From contig CP086569.2 in NCBI GenBank assembly GCA_009914755.4, forward strand, positions 36,000,001-36,064,000: DNA of 64,000 nt, given 5' to 3'. Source of the DNA: the human T2T-CHM13v2.0 reference genome, Homo sapiens. This document shows, piece after piece, positions 43,303 through 59,000 of this stretch. A program made the translations under genes and the position numbers. The number at the start of each line of letters is the position of its first letter. Position 1 is the stretch's first letter. The notes beneath the pieces were generated by a model. That model was given only the letters and a program-made list of their open reading frames with translations, was not told where the DNA came from and made no database searches.

Positions 43303-45363
43303 GAGTCGAAACTAATGGACTGGAATAGAATGGACTCGACTGGTACGGACTCCAATGGAATGGAATCGAATGGAAGGGAATCGAACGGAATGGACTCGAA
43401 GGGAAAAGACTGCAATGGAAAGGTCTCGAATGGAATGGAAATTAATGGAATGGAATGGAATCGAATGAAATGGAGTCAAAAGGAATGGAATCGAATGGCA
43501 AGAAATCGAATGTAATGGAATCGCAAGGAATTGATGTGAACGGAACGGAATGGAATGGAATCCAAAGGAATGGAATAGAATGGAATGGAATCGAATGGAA
43601 AGGACTAGAATGGAAATCACTCGAATAGAATGCAATTTAATAAAATAGGATCAAATGTAATGGAATGGAATGGAAAGGAATCGAAACGAAAGGAATGGAG
43701 ACAGATGGAATGGAATGGAACAGAGAGCAATGGTATAGAATGGAATGGAATCATCTGGAATGGAATTGAATGGAATGGAATAATATGAAATGGAATGGAA
43801 TAGAATGGAATGGAATGCCCTTGAATTAAATGGACTGGAATGGAATGGACTCGAACAGAGTGGAATGGAAAGTGTTGAGATAGAATGGAATGGACTCCTT
43901 TGGAATGGTCTAGTATGCAATGCAATCGACTGGCAGGGAATCAAAAGGAATGTAATGGAATGGATTGGACTGGAATGCAATGGACAGGAATAGATTGGAA
44001 ACGGAATGCAAAGGAATGGAATGGAATAGTATGGAATGGAATGGAAAGGAATGGAGTGGAATAGACTAGAGTGGAATGCAATGGACTGGAAAGCAATGGA
44101 CTGGAATGGAACTTTCTTGAATGGACTGGAATCAAACGGAATGGAATGCAATGCAATCAAATGGCATGGAATAAAATAGAATGAAAGAGAATCAAATGGA
44201 ATTGAATCGAATGGAATCGAATGGATTGGAAAGGAATAGAATGGAATGGAATGGAATTCACTCAAATGGAATGGACTAGAATGGAATGGATTCGAATGGA
44301 AGGCAAAGGAATGGAATCTATTGGAATGGACTGTAATGGAATGGAATGGAATTGAATGGAATGGGAACGAATGGAGTGAAATTGTATGCAGTAGAAGGGA
44401 ATAGAATGGAATGCAAGCAAAAGGAAAGGAATGGATTGGAATGGAATGGAATTCATTGGAATGGAAGGGAATGTAGTGTAATGGACAGGCCTGGAATAAA
44501 GTGGAATGCTACGGTCTCGAATGGAATAAAAATGTATGGAATGGAATGCAATGAAATGGAATCGAATGTCATAGAATGTAATGGAATGCAACAAAATGGA
44601 ATCCAATATCATTGACTGGAAAGGCTGGGTGTCGAAAGGAATTGACTCCAATGGAATGGAATCGAATGGAATGGAAGTGAATAGAATCGAACTAAATCGA
44701 ATGGAATGGAATTGATAGGAACGGAATGGAAAGGAATGCAATGATTTGGCATGGAATGGAATCGAATGGCATCGAATGGAATGGAATGGAATGCAATGGA
44801 ATGGAATGTATTAGAATGTAATGAACTTTAATGGAATGTACTCGAATGGATTCGACTGGAATGGAATGTTCTGGAAGTGAATGGACTCCAATGGAATGGA
44901 TTCAAAAGGAATGGAATCGTACGGAATGGAATCTAATGGAATGGAATTAAATGGAAATGAATCAAATTGAATAGCACGGAATTGAATTGAATGGAATGGA
45001 ATGCAATGGAATCTAATGAAACGGAAAGGAAAGGAATGGAATGGAATGGAATGGGCTGGAATGGAAAGGAATCGAAACGAATGGAATGGAATCGAACTGA
45101 AGAGACTGGAATGGAATGCACTGGAATGGAAGGGAGTGTAATGGAAGGTTCTCGAAAAAAATGGAATGGAATGGAATGGAATTGAATGGAACGGAATAGA
45201 GTCGAATGGAATTGAATGGAATGGAATGGACTAGAGTGAAATGGAATCGAACCACAAGGAATGGACAGGAATAGAATGGTCTCGAATTGAATGGAATCGT
45301 ATGGAATGGCATCAAACGGAATGGAATGGACAGCCACGGAATGGAATGCACTCGAATGCAATG
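43303..45363 (+). repeat. HOR unit 14: 2061-bp deletion derivative
   Basis: Anchors at 43303 and 45364. Same junction, at ~44340-44352. Confidence 0.85.
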
Positions 45364-48300
45364 GAGTCGAAACTAATGGACTGGAATAGAATGGACTCGA
45401 CTGGTACGGACTCCAATGGAATGGAATCGAATGGAAGGGAATCGAACGGAATGGACTCGAAGGGAAAAGACTGCAATGGAAAGGTCTCGAATGGAATGGA
45501 AATTAATGGAATGGAATGGAATCGAATGAAATGGAGTCAAAAGGAATGGAATCGAATGGCAAGAAATCGAATGTAATGGAATCGCAAGGAATTGATGTGA
45601 ACGGAACGGAATGGAATGGAATCCAAAGGAATGGAATAGAATGGAATGGAATCGAATGGAAAGGACTCGAATGGCAATCACTCGAATAGAATGCAATTTA
45701 ATAAAATAGGATCAAATGTAATGGAATGGAATGGAAAGGAATCGAAACGAAAGGAATGGAGACAGATGGAATGGAATGGAACAGAGAGCAATGGTATAGA
45801 ATGGAATGGAATCATCTGGAATGGAATTGAATGGAATGGAATAATATGAAATGGAATGGAATGGAATGGAATGGAATGGAATGGAATGCCCTTGAATTAA
45901 ATGGACTGGAATGGAATGGACTCGAACAGAGTGGAATGGAAAGTGTTGAGATAGAATGGAATGGACTCCTTTGGAATGGTCTAGTATGCAATGCAATCGA
46001 CTGGCAGGGAATCAAAAGGAATGTAATCGAATGGATTGGACTGGAATGCAATGGACTCGAATAGATTGGAAACGGAATGCAAAGGAATGGAATGGAATAG
46101 TATGGAATGGAATGGAAAGGAATGGAGTGGAATAGACTAGAGTGGAATGGAATGGACTGGAAAGCAATGGACTGGAATGGAACTTTCTTGAATGGACTGG
46201 AATCAAACGGAATGGAATGCAATGCAATCAAATGGCATGGAATAAAATAGAATGAAAGAGAATCAAATGGAATTGAATCGAATGGAATCGAATGGATTGG
46301 AAAGGAATAGAATGGAATGGAATGGAATGGACTCAAATGGAATGGACTAGAATGGAATGGATTCGAATGGAAGGCAAAGGAATGGAATCTATTGGAATGG
46401 ACTGTAATTGAATGGAATGGAAGGGATTGGAATGGACTCGAATAGAATGGACTGCAATAGAAAGGATTCGAATGGAATGAAAAAGAATTGAATGGAATAG
46501 AACAGAATGGAATCAAATCGAATGAAATGGAATGGAATAGAAAGGAATGGAATGAAATGGAATGGAAAGGATTCGAATGGAATGCAATCGAATGGAATGG
46601 AATCGAACGGAATGGAATAAAATGGAAGAAAACTGGCAAGAAATGGAATCGAAATGAATGGAGTGTTATGGAACGGACTCAAAAGGAATTGAATGTAATA
46701 GAATGGAGTGGAGTGGACTCGAATATAATGGACTGGAATGGAATGAAATCACATGGAATGGGAACGAATGGAATGGAATGGAAAGGAATGGAATCGAATG
46801 GAAAGGAATCGAATGGAAGGGAATGAAATTGAATCAACAGGAATGGAAGGGAATAGAATAGACGGTAATGGAATGGACTCGAATAGAATGGACACGAATG
46901 CTCAAATTGAATGGACTCGAATGGAATGGAAACGAAAGGAATGTCATCGAATGGAATTGAATCGATTGGAATGAAATCGCATAGAATGGAGTGGAATCAA
47001 ATGGAATTGAATCGAAAGGAAAGGAAGCGAATGGACTGAAATGAAATGGAATGGAATTGAATGGAAAGTAATGCAATGGAATAGAATGGAACGAAATTTC
47101 ACGGAATGGAATCAAACTGAATGGAATCAAATCAATGGAATCTAATCAAATGGAATGGAAAGGAATTGAATGGAGTAGATTGGATTGGATGGGATTGGAA
47201 TGAAATGTACTGGAAAGGACTCGAATTTCATGAAACGGAATGGAATGAATTGGAACGGAATGGACTCGAATGGAATGGAATGTCATGGAATGGCATCAAA
47301 TGGAATGGCATCAAATGGAATGGAATCGAATGCAATGGAATGCTATGGAATGGAATGGAATGCATTGGAATGGAATGTCCTCTAATGGAATGGATTCGAG
47401 TGGAATGGAATCGAATATAATGGAGTCGAATGAAATGGAATTGAAAGGAATGGGATCGAATACAATGGAATATACTGGAATGTAATGTAATGAACTCGAA
47501 TGTAATTGACTGGAATGGAATGTACATGAATGGAAGGTAATCGAATGGAAAGTAATCCAATGGAATAGAATCTAATGCAATAAAACCGACTCAGATAGAG
47601 TAGAATGTAATGGAATGGAGTGCAGTGCAATGGAATGGAATGGAATTGAATGCAATGGAATGGAATGGAATGTAATGGAATGGAATGGAATGGAATGGAA
47701 TGGAATGGAATGGGATGGAATGGTATGGAATGGATAGAAATGGACTGGAGTGAAATGGACTGGAAAGGAATGGACTCAAATTGAAAGGGCTCGAAAGGAA
47801 TGGAGTCAAATGGAATGGTCTGGAATGGAATGAACACGAATGTAATGCAATCCAATAGAATGGAATCGAATGGCATGGAATATAAAGAAATGGATTCGAA
47901 GAGAATGGAAACAAATGGAATGGAATTGAATGGAATGGAATTGAATGGAATGGGAACGAATGGAGTGAAATTGTATGCAGTAGAAGGGAATAGAAAGGAA
48001 TGCAAGCGAAAGGAAAGGAATGGATTGGAATGGAATGGAATTCATTGGAATGGAAGGGAATGTAGTGTAATGGACAGGCCTGGAATAAAGTGGAATGCTA
48101 CGGTCTCGAATGGAATAAAAATGTATGGAATGGAATGCAATGAAATGGAATCGAATGTCATAGAATGTAATGGAATGCAACAAAATGGAATCCAATATCA
48201 TTGACTGGAAAGGCTGGGTGTCGAAAGGAATTGACTCCAATGGAATGGAATCGAATGGAATGGAAGTGAATAGAATCGAACTAAATCGAATGGAATGGAA

Positions 48301-48937
48301 TTGATAGGAACGGAATGGAAAGGAATGCAATGATTTGGCATGGAATGGAATCGAATGGCATCGAATGGAATGGAATGGAATGCAATGGAATGGAATGAAC
48401 TTTAATGGAATGTACTCGAATGGATTCGACTGGAATGGAATGTTCTGGAAGTGAATGGACTCCAATGGAATGGATTCAAAAGGAATGGAATCGTACGGAA
48501 TGGAATCTAATGGAATGGAATTAAATGGAAATGAATCAAATTGAATAGCACGGAATTGAATTGAATGGAATGGAATGCAATGGAATCTAATGAAACGGAA
48601 AGGAAAGGAATGGAATGGAATGGAATGGGCTGGAATGGAAAGGAATCGAAACGAATGGAATGGAATCGAACTGAAGAGACTGGAATGGAATGCACTGGAA
48701 TGGAAGGGAGTGTAATGGAAGGTTCTCGAAAAAAATGGAATCGAATGGAATGGAATTGAATGGAACGGAATAGAGTCGAATGGAATTGAATGGAATGGAA
48801 TGGACTAGAGTGAAATGGAATCGAACCACAAGGAATGGAGAGGAATAGAATGGTCTCGAATTGAATGGAATCGTATGGAATGGCATCAAACGGAATGGAA
48901 TGGACAGCCACGGAATGGAATGCACTCGAATGCAATG
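45364..48937 (+). repeat. HOR unit 15 (3574 bp)
   Basis: Anchors at 45364 and 48938. Confidence 0.85.
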
Positions 48938-51900
48938 GAGTCGAAACTAATGGACTGGAATAGAATGGACTCGACTGGTACGGACTCCAATGGAATGGAA
49001 TCGAATGGAAGGGAATCGAACGGAATGGACTCGAAGGGAAAAGACTGCAATGGAAAGGTCTCGAATGGAATGGAAATTAATGGAATGGAATGGAATCGAA
49101 TGAAATGGAGTCAAAAGGAATGGAATCGAATGGCAAGAAATCGAATGTAATGGAATCGCAAGGAATTGATGTGAACGGAACGGAATGGAATGGAATCCAA
49201 AGGAATGGAATAGAATGGAATGGAATCGAATGGAAAGGACTCGAATGGAAATCACTCGAATAGAATGCAATTTAATAAAATAGGATCAAATGTAATGGAA
49301 TGGAATGGAAAGGAATCGAAACGAAAGGAATGGAGACAGATGGAATGGAATAGAACAGAGAGCAATGGTATAGAATGGAATGGAATCATCTGGAATGGAA
49401 TTGAATGGAATGGAATAATATGAAATGGAATGGAATGGAATGGAATGGAATGCCCTTGAATTAAATGGACTGGAATGGAATGGACTCGAACAGAGTGGAA
49501 TGGAAAGTGTTGAGATAGAATGGAATGGACTCCTTTGGAATGGTCTAGTATGCAATGCAATCGACTGGCAGGGAATCAAAAGGAATGTAATCGAATGGAT
49601 TGGACTGGAATGCAATGGACTCGAATAGATTGCAAACGGGATGCAAAGGAATGGAATGGAATAGTATGGAATGGAATGGAAAGGAATGGAGTGGAATAGA
49701 CTAGAGTGGAATGGAATGGACTGGAAAGCAATGGACTGGAATGGAACTTTCTTGAATGGACTGGAATCAAACGGAATGGAATGCAATGCAATCAAATGGC
49801 ATGGAATAAAATAGAATGAAAGAGAATCAAATGGAATTGAATCGAATGGAATCGAATGGATTGGAAAGGAATAGAATGGAATGGAATGGAATGTACTCAA
49901 ATGGAATGGACTAGAATGGAATGGATTCGAATGGAAGGCAAAGGAATGGAATCTATTGGAATGGACTGTAATGGAATGGAATGGAAGGGATTGGAATGGA
50001 CTCGAATGGAATGGACTGCAATAGAAAGGATTCGAATGGAATGAAAAAGAATTGAATGGAATAGAACAGAATGGAATCAAATCGAATGAAATGGAATGGA
50101 ATAGAAAGGAATGGAATGAAATGGAATGGAAAGGATTCGAATGGAATGCAATCGAATGGAATGGAATCGAACGGAATGGAATAAAATGGAAGAAAACTGG
50201 CAAGAAATGGAATCGAAATGAATGGAGTGTTATGGAACGGACTCAAAAGGAATTGAATGTAATAGAATGGAGTGGAGTGGACTCGAATATAATGGACTGG
50301 AATGGAATGAAATCACATGGAATGGGAACGAATGGAATGGAATGGAAAGGAATGGAATCGAATGGAAAGGAATCGAATGGAAGGGAATGAAATTGAATCA
50401 ACAGGAATGGAAGGGAATAGAATAGACGGTAATGGAATGGACTCGAATAGAATGGACACGAATGCTCAAATTGAATGGACTCGAATGGAATGGAAACGAA
50501 AGGAATGTCATCGAATGGAATTGAATCGATTGGAATGAAATCGCATAGAATGGAGTGGAATCAAATGGAATTGAATCGAAAGGAAAGGAAGCGAATGGAC
50601 TGAAATGAAATGGAATGGAATTGAATGGAAAGTAATGCAATGGAATAGAATGGAACGAAATTTCACGGAATGGAATCAAACTGAATGGAATCAAATCAAT
50701 GGAATCTAATCAAATGGAATGGAAAGGAATTGAATGGAGTAGATTGGATTGGATGGGATTGGAATGAAATGTACTGGAAAGGACTCGAATTTCATGAAAC
50801 GGAATGGAATGAATTGGAACGGAATGGACTCGAATGGAATGGAATGTCATGGAATGGCATCAAATGGAATGGCATCAAATGGAATGGAATCGAATGCAAT
50901 GGAATGCTATGGAATGGAATGGAATGCATTGGAATGGAATGTCCTCTAATGGAATGGATTCGAGTGGAATGGAATCGAATATAATGGAGTCGAATGAAAT
51001 GGAATTGAAAGGAATGGGATCGAATACAATGGAATATACTGGAATGTAATGTAATGAACTCGAATGTAATTGACTGGAATGGAATGTACATGAATGGAAG
51101 GTAATCGAATGGAAAGTAATCCAATGGAATAGAATCTAATGCAATAAAACCGACTCAGATAGAGTAGAATGTAATGGAATGGAGTGCAGTGCAATGGAAT
51201 GGAATGGAATTGAATGCAATGGAATGGAATGGAATGTAATGGAATGGAATGGAATGGAATGGAATGGAATGGAATGGGATGGAATGGTATGGAATGGATA
51301 GAAATGGACTGGAGTGAAATGGACTGGAAAGGAATGGACTCAAATTGAAAGGGCTCGAAAGGAATGGAGTCAAATGGAATGGTCTGGAATGGAATGAACA
51401 CGAATGTAATGCAATCCAATAGAATGGAATCGAATGGCATGGAATATAAAGAAATGGATTCGAAGAGAATGGAAACAAATGGAATGGAATTGAATGGAAT
51501 GGAATTGAATGGAATGGGAACGAATGGAGTGAAATTGTATGCAGTAGAAGGGAATAGAAAGGAATGCAAGCGAAAGGAAAGGAATGGATTGGAATGGAAT
51601 GGAATTCATTGGAATGGAAGGGAATGTAGTGTAATGGACAGGCCTGGAATAAAGTGGAATGCTACGGTCTCGAATGGAATAAAAATGTATGGAATGGAAT
51701 GCAATGAAATGGAATCGAATGTCATAGAATGTAATGGAATGCAACAAAATGGAATCCAATATCATTGACTGGAAAGGCTGGGTGTCGAAAGGAATTGACT
51801 CCAATGGAATGGAATCGAATGGAATGGAAGTGAATAGAATCGAACTAAATCGAATGGAATGGAATTGATAGGAACGGAATGGAAAGGAATGCAATGATTT

Positions 51901-52501
51901 GGCATGGAATGGAATCGAATGGCATCGAATGGAATGGAATGGAATGCAATGGAATGGAATGAACTTTAATGGAATGTACTCGAATGGATTCGACTGGAAT
52001 GGAATGTTCTGGAAGTGAATGGACTCCAATGGAATGGATTCAAAAGGAATGGAATCGTACGGAATGGAATCTAATGGAATGGAATTAAATGGAAATGAAT
52101 CAAATTGAATAGCACGGAATTGAATTGAATGGAATGGAATGCAATGGAATCTAATGAAACGGAAAGGAAAGGAATGGAATGGAATGGAATGGGCTGGAAT
52201 GGAAAGGAATCGAAACGAATGGAATGGAATCGAACTGAAGAGACTGGAATGGAATGCACTGGAATGGAAGGGAGTGTAATGGAAGGTTCTCGAAAAAAAT
52301 GGAATCGAATGGAATGGAATTGAATGGAACGGAATAGAGTCGAATGGAATTGAATGGAATGGAATGGACTAGAGTGAAATGGAATCGAACCACAAGGAAT
52401 GGAGAGGAATAGAATGGTCTCGAATTGAATGGAATCGTATGGAATGGCATCAAACGGAATGGAATGGACAGCCACGGAATGGAATGCACTCGAATGCAAT
52501 G
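48938..52501 (+). repeat. HOR unit 16 (3564 bp; modal length)
   Basis: Anchors at 48938 and 52502. All ORF-track peptides are identical to unit 17 at a 3564 offset. Confidence 0.9.
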
Positions 52502-55500
52502 GAGTCGAAACTAATGGACTGGAATAGAATGGACTCGACTGGTACGGACTCCAATGGAATGGAATCGAATGGAAGGGAATCGAACGGAATGGACTCGAAG
52601 GGAAAAGACTGCAATGGAAAGGTCTCGAATGGAATGGAAATTAATGGAATGGAATGGAATCGAATGAAATGGAGTCAAAAGGAATGGAATCGAATGGCAA
52701 GAAATCGAATGTAATGGAATCGCAAGGAATTGATGTGAACGGAACGGAATGGAATGGAATCCAAAGGAATGGAATAGAATGGAATGGAATCGAATGGAAA
52801 GGACTCGAATGGAAATCACTCGAATAGAATGCAATTTAATAAAATAGGATCAAATGTAATGGAATGGAATGGAAAGGAATCGAAACGAAAGGAATGGAGA
52901 CAGATGGAATGGAATAGAACAGAGAGCAATGGTATAGAATGGAATGGAATCATCTGGAATGGAATTGAATGGAATGGAATAATATGAAATGGAATGGAAT
53001 GGAATGGAATGGAATGCCCTTGAATTAAATGGACTGGAATGGAATGGACTCGAACAGAGTGGAATGGAAAGTGTTGAGATAGAATGGAATGGACTCCTTT
53101 GGAATGGTCTAGTATGCAATGCAATCGACTGGCAGGGAATCAAAAGGAATGTAATCGAATGGATTGGACTGGAATGCAATGGACTCGAATAGATTGCAAA
53201 CGGGATGCAAAGGAATGGAATGGAATAGTATGGAATGGAATGGAAAGGAATGGAGTGGAATAGACTAGAGTGGAATGGAATGGACTGGAAAGCAATGGAC
53301 TGGAATGGAACTTTCTTGAATGGACTGGAATCAAACGGAATGGAATGCAATGCAATCAAATGGCATGGAATAAAATAGAATGAAAGAGAATCAAATGGAA
53401 TTGAATCGAATGGAATCGAATGGATTGGAAAGGAATAGAATGGAATGGAATGGAATGTACTCAAATGGAATGGACTAGAATGGAATGGATTCGAATGGAA
53501 GGCAAAGGAATGGAATCTATTGGAATGGACTGTAATGGAATGGAATGGAAGGGATTGGAATGGACTCGAATGGAATGGACTGCAATAGAAAGGATTCGAA
53601 TGGAATGAAAAAGAATTGAATGGAATAGAACAGAATGGAATCAAATCGAATGAAATGGAATGGAATAGAAAGGAATGGAATGAAATGGAATGGAAAGGAT
53701 TCGAATGGAATGCAATCGAATGGAATGGAATCGAACGGAATGGAATAAAATGGAAGAAAACTGGCAAGAAATGGAATCGAAATGAATGGAGTGTTATGGA
53801 ACGGACTCAAAAGGAATTGAATGTAATAGAATGGAGTGGAGTGGACTCGAATATAATGGACTGGAATGGAATGAAATCACATGGAATGGGAACGAATGGA
53901 ATGGAATGGAAAGGAATGGAATCGAATGGAAAGGAATCGAATGGAAGGGAATGAAATTGAATCAACAGGAATGGAAGGGAATAGAATAGACGGTAATGGA
54001 ATGGACTCGAATAGAATGGACACGAATGCTCAAATTGAATGGACTCGAATGGAATGGAAACGAAAGGAATGTCATCGAATGGAATTGAATCGATTGGAAT
54101 GAAATCGCATAGAATGGAGTGGAATCAAATGGAATTGAATCGAAAGGAAAGGAAGCGAATGGACTGAAATGAAATGGAATGGAATTGAATGGAAAGTAAT
54201 GCAATGGAATAGAATGGAACGAAATTTCACGGAATGGAATCAAACTGAATGGAATCAAATCAATGGAATCTAATCAAATGGAATGGAAAGGAATTGAATG
54301 GAGTAGATTGGATTGGATGGGATTGGAATGAAATGTACTGGAAAGGACTCGAATTTCATGAAACGGAATGGAATGAATTGGAACGGAATGGACTCGAATG
54401 GAATGGAATGTCATGGAATGGCATCAAATGGAATGGCATCAAATGGAATGGAATCGAATGCAATGGAATGCTATGGAATGGAATGGAATGCATTGGAATG
54501 GAATGTCCTCTAATGGAATGGATTCGAGTGGAATGGAATCGAATATAATGGAGTCGAATGAAATGGAATTGAAAGGAATGGGATCGAATACAATGGAATA
54601 TACTGGAATGTAATGTAATGAACTCGAATGTAATTGACTGGAATGGAATGTACATGAATGGAAGGTAATCGAATGGAAAGTAATCCAATGGAATAGAATC
54701 TAATGCAATAAAACCGACTCAGATAGAGTAGAATGTAATGGAATGGAGTGCAGTGCAATGGAATGGAATGGAATTGAATGCAATGGAATGGAATGGAATG
54801 TAATGGAATGGAATGGAATGGAATGGAATGGAATGGAATGGGATGGAATGGTATGGAATGGATAGAAATGGACTGGAGTGAAATGGACTGGAAAGGAATG
54901 GACTCAAATTGAAAGGGCTCGAAAGGAATGGAGTCAAATGGAATGGTCTGGAATGGAATGAACACGAATGTAATGCAATCCAATAGAATGGAATCGAATG
55001 GCATGGAATATAAAGAAATGGATTCGAAGAGAATGGAAACAAATGGAATGGAATTGAATGGAATGGAATTGAATGGAATGGGAACGAATGGAGTGAAATT
55101 GTATGCAGTAGAAGGGAATAGAAAGGAATGCAAGCGAAAGGAAAGGAATGGATTGGAATGGAATGGAATTCATTGGAATGGAAGGGAATGTAGTGTAATG
55201 GACAGGCCTGGAATAAAGTGGAATGCTACGGTCTCGAATGGAATAAAAATGTATGGAATGGAATGCAATGAAATGGAATCGAATGTCATAGAATGTAATG
55301 GAATGCAACAAAATGGAATCCAATATCATTGACTGGAAAGGCTGGGTGTCGAAAGGAATTGACTCCAATGGAATGGAATCGAATGGAATGGAAGTGAATA
55401 GAATCGAACTAAATCGAATGGAATGGAATTGATAGGAACGGAATGGAAAGGAATGCAATGATTTGGCATGGAATGGAATCGAATGGCATCGAATGGAATG

Positions 55501-56065
55501 GAATGGAATGCAATGGAATGGAATGAACTTTAATGGAATGTACTCGAATGGATTCGACTGGAATGGAATGTTCTGGAAGTGAATGGACTCCAATGGAATG
55601 GATTCAAAAGGAATGGAATCGTACGGAATGGAATCTAATGGAATGGAATTAAATGGAAATGAATCAAATTGAATAGCACGGAATTGAATTGAATGGAATG
55701 GAATGCAATGGAATCTAATGAAACGGAAAGGAAAGGAATGGAATGGAATGGAATGGGCTGGAATGGAAAGGAATCGAAACGAATGGAATGGAATCGAACT
55801 GAAGAGACTGGAATGGAATGCACTGGAATGGAAGGGAGTGTAATGGAAGGTTCTCGAAAAAAATGGAATCGAATGGAATGGAATTGAATGGAACGGAATA
55901 GAGTCGAATGGAATTGAATGGAATGGAATGGACTAGAGTGAAATGGAATCGAACCACAAGGAATGGAGAGGAATAGAATGGTCTCGAATTGAATGGAATC
56001 GTATGGAATGGCATCAAACGGAATGGAATGGACAGCCACGGAATGGAATGCACTCGAATGCAATG
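52502..56065 (+). repeat. HOR unit 17 (3564 bp; modal length)
   Basis: Anchors at 52502 and 56066. Confidence 0.9.
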
Positions 56066-59000
56066 GAGTCGAAACTAATGGACTGGAATAGAATGGACTC
56101 GACTGGTACGGACTCCAATGGAATGGAATCGAATGGAAGGGAATCGAACGGAATGGACTCGAAGGGAAAAGACTGCAATGGAAAGGTCTCGAATGGAATG
56201 GAAATTAATGGAATGGAATGGAATCGAATGAAATGGAGTCAAAAGGAATGGAATCGAATGGCAAGAAATCGAATGTAATGGAATCGCAAGGAATTGATGT
56301 GAACGGAACGGAATGGAATGGAATCCAAAGGAATGGAATAGAATGGAATGGAATCGAATGGAAAGGACTCGAATGGAAATCACTCGAATAGAATGCAATT
56401 TAATAAAATAGGATCAAATGTAATGGAATGGAATGGAAAGGAATCGAAACGAAAGGAATGGAGACAGATGGAATGGAATAGAACAGAGAGCAATGGTATA
56501 GAATGGAATGGAATCATCTGGAATGGAATTGAATGGAATGGAATAATATGAAATGGAATGGAATGGAATGGAATGGAATGCCCTTGAATTAAATGGACTG
56601 GAATGGAATGGACTCGAACAGAGTGGAATGGAAAGTGTTGAGATAGAATGGAATGGACTCCTTTGGAATGGTCTAGTATGCAATGCAATCGACTGGCAGG
56701 GAATCAAAAGGAATGTAATCGAATGGATTGGACTGGAATGCAATGGACTCGAATAGATTGCAAACGGGATGCAAAGGAATGGAATGGAATAGTATGGAAT
56801 GGAATGGAAAGGAATGGAGTGGAATAGACTAGAGTGGAATGGAATGGACTGGAAAGCAATGGACTGGAATGGAACTTTCTTGAATGGACTGGAATCAAAC
56901 GGAATGGAATGCAATGCAATCAAATGGCATGGAATAAAATAGAATGAAAGAGAATCAAATGGAATTGAATCGAATGGAATCGAATGGATTGGAAAGGAAT
57001 AGAATGGAATGGAATGGAATGTACTCAAATGGAATGGACTAGAATGGAATGGATTCGAATGGAAGGCAAAGGAATGGAATCTATTGGAATGGACTGTAAT
57101 GGAATGGAATGGAAGGGATTGGAATGGACTCGAATGGAATGGACTGCAATAGAAAGGATTCGAATGGAATGAAAAAGAATTGAATGGAATAGAACAGAAT
57201 GGAATCAAATCGAATGAAATGGAATGGAATAGAAAGGAATGGAATGAAATGGAATGGAAAGGATTCGAATGGAATGCAATCGAATGGAATGGAATCGAAC
57301 GGAATGGAATAAAATGGAAGAAAACTGGCAAGAAATGGAATCGAAATGAATGGAGTGTTATGGAACGGACTCAAAAGGAATTGAATGTAATAGAATGGAG
57401 TGGAGTGGACTCGAATATAATGGACTGGAATGGAATGAAATCACATGGAATGGGAACGAATGGAATGGAATGGAAAGGAATGGAATCGAATGGAAAGGAA
57501 TCGAATGGAAGGGAATGAAATTGAATCAACAGGAATGGAAGGGAATAGAATAGACGGTAATGGAATGGACTCGAATAGAATGGACACGAATGCTCAAATT
57601 GAATGGACTCGAATGGAATGGAAACGAAAGGAATGTCATCGAATGGAATTGAATCGATTGGAATGAAATTGCATAGAATGGAGTGGAATCAAATGGAATT
57701 GAATCGAAAGGAAAGGAAGCGAATGGACTGAAATGAAATGGAATGGAATTGAATGGAAAGTAATGCAATGGAATAGAATGGAACGAAATTTCACGGAATG
57801 GAATCAAACTGAATGGAATCAAATCAATGGAATCTAATCAAATGGAATGGAAAGGAATTGAATGGAGTAGATTGGATTGGATGGGATTGGAATGAAATGT
57901 ACTGGAAAGGACTCGAATTTCATGAAACGGAATGGAATGAATTGGAACGGAATGGACTCGAATGGAATGGAATGTCATGGAATGGCATCAAATGGAATGG
58001 CATCAAATGGAATGGAATCGAATGCAATGGAATGCTATGGAATGGAATGGAATGCATTGGAATGGAATGTCCTCTAATGGAATGGATTCGAGTGGAATGG
58101 AATCGAATATAATGGAGTCGAATGAAATGGAATTGAAAGGAATGGGATCGAATACAATGGAATATACTGGAATGTAATGTAATGAACTCGAATGTAATTG
58201 ACTGGAATGGAATGTACATGAATGGAATGTAATCGAATGGAAAGTAATCCAATGGAATAGAATCTAATGCAATAAAATCGACTCAGATAGAGTAGCATGT
58301 AATGGAATGGAGTGCAGTGCAATGGAATGGAATGGAATGGAATGCAATGGAATGGAATGGAATGGAATGGAATGGAATGGAATGGAATGGAATGGAATGG
58401 GATGGGATGGAATGGTATGGAATGGATAGTAATGGACTGGAGTGAAATGGACTGGAAAGGAATGGACTCAAATTGAAAGGGCTCGAAAGGAATGGAGTCA
58501 AATGGAATGGTCTGGAATGGAATGAACACGAATGTAATGCAATCCAATAGAATGGAATCGAATGGCATGGAATATAAAGAAATGGAATCGGAGAGAATGG
58601 AAACAAATGGAATGGAATTGAATGGAATGGAATTGAATGGAATGGGAACGAATGGAGTGAAATTGTATGCAGTAGAAGGGAATAGAATGGAATGCAAGCA
58701 AAAGGAAAGGAATGGATTGGAATGGAATGGAATTCATTGGAATGGAAGGGAATGTAGTGTAATGGACAGGCCTGGAATAAAGTGGAATGCTACGGTCTCG
58801 AATGGAATAAAAATGTATGGAATGGAATGCAATGAAACGGAATCGAATGTCATAGAATGTAATGGAATGCAACAAAATGGAATCCAATATCATTGACTGG
58901 AAAGGCTGGGTGTCGAAAGGAATTGACTCCAATGGAATGGAATCGAATGGAATGGAAGTGAATAGAATCGAACTAAATCGAATGGAATGGAATTGATAGG

